A stretch of DNA of 32,000 nt, taken from assembly GCF_900232105.1 (NCBI RefSeq), contig NZ_LT934425.1, positions 1,170,001 to 1,202,000 on the forward strand, in the 5' to 3' direction. The notes under the pieces were generated by a model, which saw only the letters and a list, made by a program, of their open reading frames with translations, was not told the origin of the DNA and did not search any database. Shown one piece after another: positions 24,939-32,000 of the stretch. Numbering within the stretch: the stretch's first letter is position 1; each line of letters begins with the position of its first letter. The position numbers were made by a program, and so were the translations under genes. This DNA comes from Candidatus Kuenenia stuttgartensis. Lineage in GTDB: Bacteria > Planctomycetota > Brocadiia > Brocadiales > Brocadiaceae.

Positions 24939-26868
24939 CCTCTGCGAGCCTAATCCTCGTAGAGAAGTTTGTGCCTATGCGCACACAATGGAGCAATCCG
25001 TATGCGTAGAAAGATAGCATATACCCGTGAGGGGTATGACGGAGTTACGAGGTACAGACGACCTTTTGGGGTGTATGAGTGTGGCGTGTTATTCCGTGCC
25101 AACTGCCATTTCTCAGCGAAGCACTGACAATGTCCTTTGTTGGAGATGGATAAACAGATTAAGTAAAACCATCTCTGGTTAATGCGTTTGAACATACATC
25201 ACGAAGGGAAAAGGGGTAATCCATATGACCGGGGGAGGACTTACGCCTTGGGCAAAATTCCCTAACAGCAAGGTATAAGGAAATTCCGAAGTCCGAGCTG
25301 TATGAGATGGTGATAGACAAGCTTCTCTCACAAGTCTATCTTTGAAGTCGTCAGCATTGCTCATAATAGTTTCCGGTGTGAATCGGAAATGAAAGGGGCA
25401 TAACCGTAGTGGAATTGATGAAAGTGGCAGATTGAATACGTTCAATGAGAAAAGAAACTCTTTTGCGTAGGTAAGCAGTAACAAGAGCCTCTCTTGTTTT
25501 GCCTATGTTTGGGAGAATCCGTACCCAGGAAACACGATTGACAAATCTATTATCCGTAATCAATCGAAAGGAATATATCGAGAGATGCTTAAGTATCATT
25601 CATTAAGAGACAAGGTGTTTAGTCTGAAAAACCTTTATGCTGCTTTCAAACACGTAAAGAAGAATAAAGGCAAAGCTGGTCTTGACAGGGTAAGTATTAA
25701 GCAATTTGAGTCCAATCTTGATGTGAATATCATGAGTATCCATCAGGAACTCAAGACTGCCATATACAACCCTGCGCCTGTCCTGCGGGTATACATCCCC
25801 AAAGGCAGGCATGACAAGAGACCTCTTGGCATTCCCATTGTTAAGGACAGGATTGTACAGCAGGCATTCAGGCAAATCATAGAGCCAATATTTGAGAAAG
25901 GATTCTCAGATAACAGCTTTGGATTTCGCCCTGACAGATGCTGTCACGATGCTATCAAACGGCTTGAACAGTATAAGCAGAAGGGTATACCAGCGTCCTT
26001 GATGCCGATATAATGGCATTCTATGACACCATACCCCATAAGCTTATTATGGACTCCTTACGTGAGAAAATCGCTGATGGATGGGTTTTGAACAGTATTG
26101 AGAACATGCTCAAAGCAGGGGTCATGGAGGACGGCATCGTGCACGAGACAAACAAAGGCACTCCGCAAGGAGGCGTCATTTCCCCTTTGCTTGCAAACCT
26201 TATCGGTGACATCATCGACAAGGAACTTGAAAAGGCTGGATATAAGTTTGTCCGATACGCCGATGATTTCGTTGTCATGACTAAAACAAAAGATGAACTC
26301 CCAGCCGCCCTCAGCTATGTCAAAGAAATCATTGCAGGGAAACTTGGAATGAAGCTGAGCGAGGATAAAACCAAGCTCACCAACTTCGAAAGAGGTTTCA
26401 GGTTTCTCGGATACGATTCCAAGGGCAAGTATAAGGGTATAAGCACGAAATCACTGAACAAACTCAAGAGCCTGTCCTGAGCCTGCCGAAGGAACAACAT
26501 CAGAGACATCACCAGACGTACACAGGGCGTCAATCTGCAAGCCATCGTTGATACATTAAACCCCGTAATTCGTGGGCATGTCAACTATTTTCGGCTGGGC
26601 AATGTACAAAAGGTATATCGCTCATTAGACTGTTGGGTACGCATGAGACTGAGATGTTTCAAGTTCTCAAGAAAATGGAGAACAGACAACAAGCGTTTCC
26701 CTGTTCACCGATTCTTTAAAATGGGGTTACTCTCATTCGAAAGAGAATTTCTTAAGGCGTGTGCTAAAGCATGATGTTTGACTTTTCTCTGTTATAGAGC
26801 AACACTTCGGGGTCGCTAACTACGAGAAAGACGTATGGTTTAAAAAGGATGCTTTGTCACGTTGTCCA
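24939..26868 (+). mobile_element. Bacterial group II intron (about 1.93 kb), apparently decayed; boundaries +/-3 nt and only inferred
   Basis: An RT/maturase ORF with about 645 nt of upstream and 90 nt of downstream non-coding sequence. Boundaries are taken from where the opposite-strand ISAzo13-like frame is broken; CCA occurs at both junctions. The 5' end reads CCTCTGCGAG rather than GUGYG. The best domain V candidate (26808-26841) lacks the AGC triad. Confidence 0.65.
25585..26774 (+). pseudogene. Group II intron reverse transcriptase/maturase, disrupted (1-nt deletion near 25983-25985; in-frame TGA at 26478-26480)
   Basis: RT motifs RVYIPKGRHDKRPLGIPIVKDRIVQQA, GTPQGGVISPLLAN and YADDFVVM; X domain LNPVIRGHVNYFRLGN; no endonuclease domain. 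The reading frame switches after EQYKQK to GYTSVLDADIMAFYDTIPH. Confidence 0.85.
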
Positions 26869-26980
26869 AAGTATCTGGCGACGAGTGGGGGTTGGAGGCT
26901 AATGGCCTCCAACCTACCAGCTGGTAAAAGTAAACGAAAATCCTTATAATGCTCCCATATTGAAACGGGGGGAGTGGTCT

Positions 26981-27556
26981 ATGCTCCATTGGGATGCAGA
27001 ATTTGAACAAATGCAAGGCATGGGGTTTCAGGTTCATCTGCCTGAAACAAATTCTTACATCGAATGCGCGGAAATAACATTGCTCAACAGTTGGTATCAT
27101 GTTGTTTGGACAATTTCAGGCAATACTTTGTCTTTTTATGTAAACGGTATCTTGAAAAAAATATCTTATATGCCGTCAAAGGATGTAGAATCCTTCGCAA
27201 AGAATTTTGAGGCATTTAAAATACTGGAAGCAGAAAAGGGACATGTTTTTAATGGAACAACAGAAAATATTCGTATTTATCCCTACCCGATGCCCCGCCA
27301 AAAGATATTTGAACGATTTAATATCCTCAGGGAAAAATACGGCATTGTGGAATCAAATGAAATAGGAAATTTCTATCGGAAGGTTTTTGTTAATGGCAAA
27401 CCACTGGAAAGTAATATGTGCAGATTGGAAAAAGGCATATATCGGTTGAATATTTTACCATCCAGACTACATGGTTATATTAGTTGCGTTGCCCCTCAAT
27501 TCTTTAATGAGGAAATAAAACGCGGTAAACGACATGCAATGTATTTTGAATACTAA
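26981..27556 (+). CDS. Hypothetical protein with a partial LamG/concanavalin-like domain (possibly 5'-truncated)
   Basis: WYHVVWTISGNTLSFYVNG...FNGTTENIRIYPYPMPRQKI resembles the C-terminal half of a LamG_3 domain. ATG at 26981 follows GGGGGAG; the ORF-track start is 26960. Confidence 0.45.
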   Translation: MLHWDAEFEQMQGMGFQVHLPETNSYIECAEITLLNSWYHVVWTISGNTLSFYVNGILKKISYMPSKDVESFAKNFEAFKILEAEKGHVFNGTTENIRIYPYPMPRQKIFERFNILREKYGIVESNEIGNFYRKVFVNGKPLESNMCRLEKGIYRLNILPSRLHGYISCVAPQFFNEEIKRGKRHAMYFEY

Positions 27557-27586
27557 TGGAAACTAAGTATTTCGCTTCAATTATTT

Positions 27587-27736
27587 GTAGCACTTTAGTT
27601 TTTTGAAAAATTCCAATAATAGCGGTGTTTGCCGCATAGTGTAGGGGCGAAGCATTTGCTAAAATTGTCATAAATGCGTTCATGCCCAAACGGGCAAATG
27701 CTTCGCCCCTACTTTTTCAAAAAACTAAAGTGTTAC
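27587..27736. mobile_element. MITE (150 bp) with 24-bp terminal inverted repeats and an 8-bp target-site duplication
   Basis: TIRs are GTAGCACTTTAGTTTTTTGAAAAA (27587-27610) and the reverse complement of 27713-27736 (GTAACACTTTAGTTTTTTGAAAAA), 23/24 identical. Inner 19-bp inverted repeat GTAGGGGCGAAGCATTTGC. Flanked by AATTATTT at 27579-27586 and 27737-27744. No ORF. Confidence 0.85.
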
Positions 27737-29234
27737 AATTATTTTGGAATGTCTGTTCCATTAAGTCTTCAATTGAATCGGGGCGGTGGCAAATCGCCAG
27801 AATTTGAAAGGCAAAAAATCCCGGCCAGATTCTTGCCAGCCGGAATGAAGTCATATCAAGAAAGGCAATGAGTTTTGAACTGCCGTTCATATCCAGCAAA
27901 GGAACCCCAAATCCCAAGATCTTTTCAACTTTGAATCCGGAGTTTTCAAGCAAACGGCGAAAGGAATTGACCGTCATGAGTCGTTTATGGGTTAAGTCAA
28001 GTATACCTCTCCTTCCATAATTAAAACTACCATAACAGAGCATCAACCGAAGAATAAAAAATGCAACATTACCAGTGCTTGCATATAATTTACCACCGCT
28101 TTTAAGAAAATTGAAAATTTCTTTAGTGCCTTTTTCAGGACAATTCAAATGCTCAAGAACGTCCAAAGAAAATGCAAAATCATATTTTTCTGCCGGAAAC
28201 TGACCTCCCCATGGTTCGTCAAGGTTCACTACATAATGTTTGAGAACATCACTTTGTACAGCATTACATTGGTCGATAACCGTTACGTCAACCCCCCGTT
28301 CCGCATGTGCCATTGAAACAGCTCCAATGGCGCCTCCGCCAATATCTAATAACGTTTTACCCTTTTCAATTGGAAGATTCCGAACATGGTAGTGCAGGGA
28401 ATTTTTTGCGGATTTACTGGTATATTGATACTGCATATCCGCCCTTACATCAAACTTAGGGTCATAAAAAATCTCGTAATTCATCAAACGATATTTAATA
28501 AGAGTCTTAATACAATTCCAGGCATAAGCTACACCATTTACGCGACAAACTTCATCTCCATAATACGTTGGGATGGGAATTTCCTTTATTTTAAAACCGG
28601 CGGCATGAAATTGCACAATAATATCCGCATCGAAATCAAATCCCTGACTATTATAATTAAAAGGAATCTTACGAAGCGCTGATACCCGGTAAGAGCGGTA
28701 GCCGGAATGCATTTCAGACATCTGGCTCTTAAGCAAGGCGTTTTGTATTTTGGTGAGAATCCGATTACCTATCCATTTATACAACGGCATACGGCCTTTC
28801 AAGGCGCCGCCTCTCTGCAAAAAACGGCTGCCGAAAACGGCGTCTGTTTTTTCTGTATAAGCGGCTAATATATGGGGCAGGCTTTCGGGGGCATACTGGC
28901 CGTCACCGTGGAGAAGTACAACAATATCAAAACCTCTTTGGATGGCATAATTGTAACCAAGTTTTTGATTGCCGCCATACCCCTGATTATAAGGTGTTTG
29001 AAAAATTCGTAGCGGAGCAATTTCTCCTGACCACTGAATATTCTGTGCCTTGCTATATGTGTCGTCGGTGGACCGATCATCAATAATATAGATTTCCGCT
29101 AATTTCTCTGCAACCCATTTCGGTATACGATTAAGTACATCTTCGATATGTTGCTCTGCATTATAAGCAACAGTAAATACTGCCACACGATTGTTTTGAA
29201 GAACCTCTAATGCCAGTTGTTTAATATTATTCAT
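27717..29234 (-). CDS. Bifunctional glycosyltransferase family 2 / class I SAM-dependent methyltransferase (505 aa)
   Basis: N-terminal GT2: VAVFTVAYNAEQHI..., IYIIDDRSTDDT, LLHGDGQY. C-terminal methyltransferase: LLDIGGGAIGAV (motif I), FDFAFSLDVLEHL. The last 6 codons and the stop lie inside the MITE. Confidence 0.85.
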   Translation of the reverse strand: MNNIKQLALEVLQNNRVAVFTVAYNAEQHIEDVLNRIPKWVAEKLAEIYIIDDRSTDDTYSKAQNIQWSGEIAPLRIFQTPYNQGYGGNQKLGYNYAIQRGFDIVVLLHGDGQYAPESLPHILAAYTEKTDAVFGSRFLQRGGALKGRMPLYKWIGNRILTKIQNALLKSQMSEMHSGYRSYRVSALRKIPFNYNSQGFDFDADIIVQFHAAGFKIKEIPIPTYYGDEVCRVNGVAYAWNCIKTLIKYRLMNYEIFYDPKFDVRADMQYQYTSKSAKNSLHYHVRNLPIEKGKTLLDIGGGAIGAVSMAHAERGVDVTVIDQCNAVQSDVLKHYVVNLDEPWGGQFPAEKYDFAFSLDVLEHLNCPEKGTKEIFNFLKSGGKLYASTGNVAFFILRLMLCYGSFNYGRRGILDLTHKRLMTVNSFRRLLENSGFKVEKILGFGVPLLDMNGSSKLIAFLDMTSFRLARIWPGFFAFQILAICHRPDSIEDLMEQTFQNNCNTLVF

Positions 29235-29279
29235 TAGCCATGCTCAATCAGACGGGAACCACGGATTTCGGCTCAAATT

Positions 29280-29583
29280 GTTAAACTTTAGTTTTTTGCA
29301 AAAATAGGGGCTAGTATAACGTTTCATTAAAATACCTACATTGATACAGTCGTTGCGAGCGACAGCGAAGCAATCTTAAGTCTTTTGGGAACAAGAGATT
29401 GCTTCGTCGCTCCACTACTCGCAATGACATTTTTTTACGTACACATTTTAACGAAACGATGAACTAGGCATTTGCCAGTTTGGGTATGAACGCTTTTATG
29501 ACAATTTATAGCAGATGATTCACCTCTACAATATACGGCAAACATCGAGATTGTTGGAATTTTTTAAAAAAACAAAGTATTAC
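29280..29583. mobile_element. Second, older copy of the same MITE family, opposite orientation, carrying a nested insertion
   Basis: GTTAAACTTTAGTTTTTTGCAAAAATAGGGGC ... GGCATTTGCCAGTTTGGGTATGAACGC...GGAATTTTTTAAAAAAACAAAGTATTAC aligns at about 80% with the reverse complement of 27587-27736. No clear TSD. It starts 46 bp upstream of the GT start codon. Confidence 0.75.
29314..29464. mobile_element. Nested second MITE type (about 151 bp) flanked by TA/TA
   Basis: Imperfect TIRs of about 27 bp: GTATAACGTTTCATTAAAATACCTAC versus the reverse complement GTTCATCGTTTCGTTAAAATGTGTAC. Internal long hairpin GTCGTTGCGAGCGACAGCGAAGCAATCT...AGATTGCTTCGTCGCTCC..CTCGCAATGAC. TA at 29312-29313 and 29465-29466. 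Confidence 0.6.
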
Positions 29584-29888
29584 TAAAAAAAGCACTTCGT
29601 GGGTTATGGATTTACATTTTATGAGCATCTCGAGTATCGTTAAATTGCTCGCTCATAAGGGACATGCCCCAAAACTTTAGCTGCATATAAGTCTTGGGTA
29701 TGATGTATATGCGCCTCACATTTAAATTATGCAACCTTTAACGGATGTTCACCCCTGCCAAAACGCATAAGTGCTTAATAAATAGTTGGTTAAGGCTGTA
29801 TTTTTAATAAATATGTAGTCACTAATATATTGTTATTATCCGACAATATACTTGACTGATAATGGTTGTTATCTGTACAATGGTGGAC

Positions 29889-30398
29889 ATGCATATTGTA
29901 GAGAACAAGTCAAAATCCGGTAAAAAAATCTATCGATCTACCCTTCTGCGGGAATCGTACCGTGAGGATGGGAAGGTCAAGAAACGTACCATTGCGAATC
30001 TGTCGAATTGCACTCCCCTGGAGATTGAAGCGATAAGACTTGCACTCGCACATAAAGACGATCTCTGTGCATTGGGCGCATTGTCAGAATCGGTGAAACT
30101 CCATGAGGGTTTGTCTGTGGGAGCAGCGTGGAGCGTGTACCAAGTGGCAAAGGAATTAGGGATAGAAGAGGCATTGGGAAAGGACTTTGAAGGAAAGCTG
30201 GCGCTTTGGCAAGTAATGGCAAGGGTAATAGGCCAGGGGTCAAGACTGTCTGCAGTAAGGCTGGCGCAGATACATGCTGCGGGTGACGTCCTGGATATGA
30301 AGCGTGGGTTTGACGAGAACAATCTGTACGATAATTTGTCATGGTTGTCAGAGAATCAGGCAAAGATAGAGCGAAAGCTGTTTGAGTTAAGATGCTAA
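29889..30398 (+). pseudogene. IS1634-family transposase, N-terminal fragment (about 170 of 550 aa)
   Basis: MHIVENKSKSGKKIYRSTLLRESYREDGKVKKRTIANL... matches the IS1634 N-terminal pattern. The ORF ends abruptly at ...KIERKLFELRC, where the catalytic region should begin. Confidence 0.7.
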
Positions 30399-30430
30399 GC
30401 CCCACAATAAATGAACCTGGAATTCTCAGA

Positions 30431-30733
30431 TTAAGTGGAATTAATATATTGAGGTAAAACGGATTTTAGCAGATAGACAGCATCTGGGAAAGAGGAGTTG
30501 GAATCTACCATGACGATGTCGATGGTATTAAAGTTTTTTTTACAACGGAAACACCTGGCGAGGTTCGTATTTGGGTTGGTGGCGGAATTAAATTCAGAAC
30601 AGAGAGGGCAGAGGAAGCGGAAATAGCCTTCGGAGTATTTATGAGGTATGGAGAGGACATCAGCGATGAGTCGATCGATGGGGATATCGTTTCGTAATGA
30701 GCGCAAGAGTTGAGGGGAAAAGAGACGGGCCAT
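30431..30733 (-). CDS. Small zinc-ribbon protein with a DnaG-primase-like (CHC2-type) zinc-binding motif (100 aa)
   Basis: FRFLCPLCSEFNSATNPNTNLARCFRCKKNFNTIDIVM parallels the primase zinc finger CPFH-x-TPSF-x-V...Y-x-CFGCG-x-x-G-x-x-IDF. Starts 11 nt after the ATPase gene stop. Confidence 0.6.
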   Translation of the reverse strand: MARLFSPQLLRSLRNDIPIDRLIADVLSIPHKYSEGYFRFLCPLCSEFNSATNPNTNLARCFRCKKNFNTIDIVMVDSNSSFPDAVYLLKSVLPQYINST

Positions 30734-30744
30734 GGTAGACCTCC

Positions 30745-31536
30745 TTAAAAAGATTGAATTTCAGCAAGAGCCTGATGGAAGATATCCTGGGTAATTTTCT
30801 GTGATTGTCTGATGGAAGCGTTAATCAGGCAGGCGGTGGAAATGGCGTTGATTTGCCTTGGGATGCCGGCGGAGAACTCATGGATCAGGTCTTTGACGTC
30901 TGAGTCAAAGATTTTATCGGATGCGCCGGAAGATTTCAGATGGAAGTCTATGTATGCAGCGGTTTGAGTTTTAGTAAGGGGATGAATGTGGTAATGTACC
31001 GAGATGCGTTGTGCGAAGTCGGCATGGATGTCTCTTTTGAGGATATATTTGAGGTGTTCCTGTCCCGAGAGGATGATTTTGAGATGAGTGGAAGAATCAA
31101 GCGGAGAGCTGACAAGGAGTCTGAGGTCTGTGATGGCGTCGGTTTTCAGGAGATGAGCCTCGTCGATAACGATAATGGGAGTGAGATTTGAGCGCAAGGA
31201 TTTATCCATAATTTGGAGGAAGAGCCGGTCTTTGGTGTGTTTTGGTATTTCACCGAGCTGGGAGACGATTAAGGAGAGAAGGCTGGATGATTTTAGGTGG
31301 GTAAAATGGAGGTAGATGGGGAGAAACAGGTTTTGGGGGATTTGTGAGAGGAAGAGTTTGAGGAGTGTGGATTTTCCGACTCCCGTCTGTCCGTAGAGGA
31401 CGGCGATAGAGCCTGAGTGTAAGAGGTATTGGAGTCGTGCAAGCCCCTGGGTAAAGCGTTCGTCTTTCATGATAAGGCTGGTGTTGATTCTTTCAGAGAA
31501 CGGCTGAGTAGTCATGGAAAAATGAGAAGTAAACAT
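30745..31536 (-). CDS. AAA+ ATPase, TniB/MuB/ExeA-like transposition helper (263 aa)
   Basis: Walker A GQTGVGKST and Walker B IIVIDEAHLL. ExeA/AAA_22-like layout. Start lies 2 nt after the transposase stop. Confidence 0.75.
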   Translation of the reverse strand: MFTSHFSMTTQPFSERINTSLIMKDERFTQGLARLQYLLHSGSIAVLYGQTGVGKSTLLKLFLSQIPQNLFLPIYLHFTHLKSSSLLSLIVSQLGEIPKHTKDRLFLQIMDKSLRSNLTPIIVIDEAHLLKTDAITDLRLLVSSPLDSSTHLKIILSGQEHLKYILKRDIHADFAQRISVHYHIHPLTKTQTAAYIDFHLKSSGASDKIFDSDVKDLIHEFSAGIPRQINAISTACLINASIRQSQKITQDIFHQALAEIQSF

Positions 31537-31538
31537 GG

Positions 31539-32000
31539 TTAAGAGACCTCCTTTTTCGAGTAAGCGATTTGTAATTCACGAATGATATAGGGTAAGGTTT
31601 TCACGGAGGCATTTTGGAATGCCTCCGTGAGCAATGATTCGTTGAGAGCGGGGATACGGTTGTAGCATTTTTTAAGCGATTCGAGTTCATGAGAGCTGAA
31701 GGCGGAGAGAGAGCCTTTGTGTCCCATGAGGAGTGCGAGTTTCTGGACGAATGCCATGAATGGCCAGGGTCGTTCGGAGATGATTTGGTGGTAATCAATG
31801 CCTTTGGCCTGAGCCTGGAGAATGGATTTGTGTTTCTGAGTGATAAGGTCGAGGTAATTATGTTTTGGTTTTGAAGGTGAGGCGGCTGGAGTTTCAGCGC
31901 CCTGGTCGCGCAGGTAGAGATTTCCCGAGCCGAGGTATTCACCGTTTGCGGAATAGATCAAGACCTTTTTGAGATCGCCGTATGGGTCGTAACGGACTTC
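31539..32000 (-). CDS. Mu-type DDE transposase (TniA/MuA-like), C-terminal part only; ORF open to the window edge
   Basis: The frame stays open upstream of the ORF-track Met: EVRYDPYGDLKKVLIYSANGEYLG, a Mu-transposase C-terminal-domain-like motif (V-x-YDP-x-DL). Confidence 0.6.
   Translation of the reverse strand, partial: EVRYDPYGDLKKVLIYSANGEYLGSGNLYLRDQGAETPAASPSKPKHNYLDLITQKHKSILQAQAKGIDYHQIISERPWPFMAFVQKLALLMGHKGSLSAFSSHELESLKKCYNRIPALNESLLTEAFQNASVKTLPYIIRELQIAYSKKEVS

Larger units (their letters stand above)
30393..32000 (-). mobile_element. End of a Mu/Tn552/Tn7-like transposon (transposase, ATPase, zinc-ribbon gene); continues beyond the window
   Basis: Three tightly packed minus-strand genes begin where the IS1634 ORF is truncated. 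A possible terminal TG lies at 30393-30394. The other end is not in the window. Confidence 0.55.

Noticed and set aside
26775-26868. Search for canonical group II intron domains V and VI after the RT stop codon
   Set aside because: Only a degenerate candidate was found (26808-26841). Its 3' strand ACGUAUGGUUU resembles the consensus ACGUACGGUUC, but the 5' strand lacks the AGC triad and most of the pairing. I therefore cannot claim an active ribozyme or exact 3' splice site.
26890-26914. Perfect 10-bp hairpin GGTTGGAGGC-taatg-GCCTCCAACC, considered as a terminator or group II domain
   Set aside because: No U-run follows on either strand. It does not match the shapes or positions of domain V or VI. 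It lies just outside the inferred intron end. Function unknown; it is recorded only as a hairpin.
26840-27100. 86-aa minus-strand ORF with a GW...DT segment, considered as the missing N-terminal part of the ISAzo13 transposase
   Set aside because: The resemblance to the family GWV-x-VG...DT segment is weak and falls at the wrong distance from the downstream motifs. The ORF also overlaps a + strand ORF that has a recognisable LamG-like pattern.
29824-30460. 10-nt identical string TAATATATTG at 29824-29833 and 30451-30460, considered as transposon or IS terminal repeats
   Set aside because: The match does not extend beyond 10-11 nt. The sequence is AT-rich and is not positioned at either inferred element boundary. 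It is most likely chance.
1-32000. CRISPR arrays, tRNA, rRNA, tmRNA
   Set aside because: No regularly spaced direct repeats were seen. No tRNA T-arm (GGTTCGAATCC-like) contexts or rRNA-like conserved blocks were seen in any intergenic region on visual scanning. A dedicated tool (tRNAscan-SE, Infernal) would be needed to exclude small RNAs formally.

Overview
A low-GC (about 40%) bacterial chromosomal segment. A housekeeping core (about 3.3-23.6 kb) is flanked on both sides by dense, nested mobile DNA. All calls rest on motif recognition and manual alignment; no database search was run, and the source organism cannot be assigned from this window.

Core genes:
- fetAB-like ABC exporter
- two-subunit xanthine dehydrogenase (xdhAB) plus an unknown 107-aa ORF
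- mfd
- an isolated flagellin gene with a near-consensus sigma54 promoter
- thiL, tsaE
- an excisionase-type HTH gene
- a cold-shock gene with a terminator-like hairpin in its leader
- a receiver-domain protein lacking the phospho-acceptor Asp
- uup (ABC-F)
- an AI-2E transporter, a CBS-pair protein and a HlyD-type periplasmic adaptor

Left edge: a Tn5-like IS4-family element sits next to an IS110-family (IS1111-type) element. The ends of the IS110-family element can be mapped to the base, because removing it in silico rebuilds a REP-like hairpin. It has a 483-nt ORF-free 3' region with target-matching segments, which is a candidate bridge/seek RNA.

Right third (23.6-32 kb), a graveyard of mobile and decayed DNA:
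- a decayed DUF4258/DUF2283 toxin-antitoxin pair
- crotonase and NYN gene fragments
- an ISAzo13-like transposase pseudogene split by an antisense, decayed group II intron
- a GT2-methyltransferase fusion gene bracketed by two copies of a roughly 150-bp MITE; one copy has an 8-bp target duplication and replaced the gene's stop codon, the other carries a second nested MITE
- an IS1634 transposase fragment truncated by a Mu/Tn552-like module (transposase C-terminus, TniB/ExeA-like ATPase, small DnaG-type zinc-ribbon protein) that runs off the window

Two intergenic repeat families recur across the window. No rRNA, tRNA or CRISPR array was recognised.
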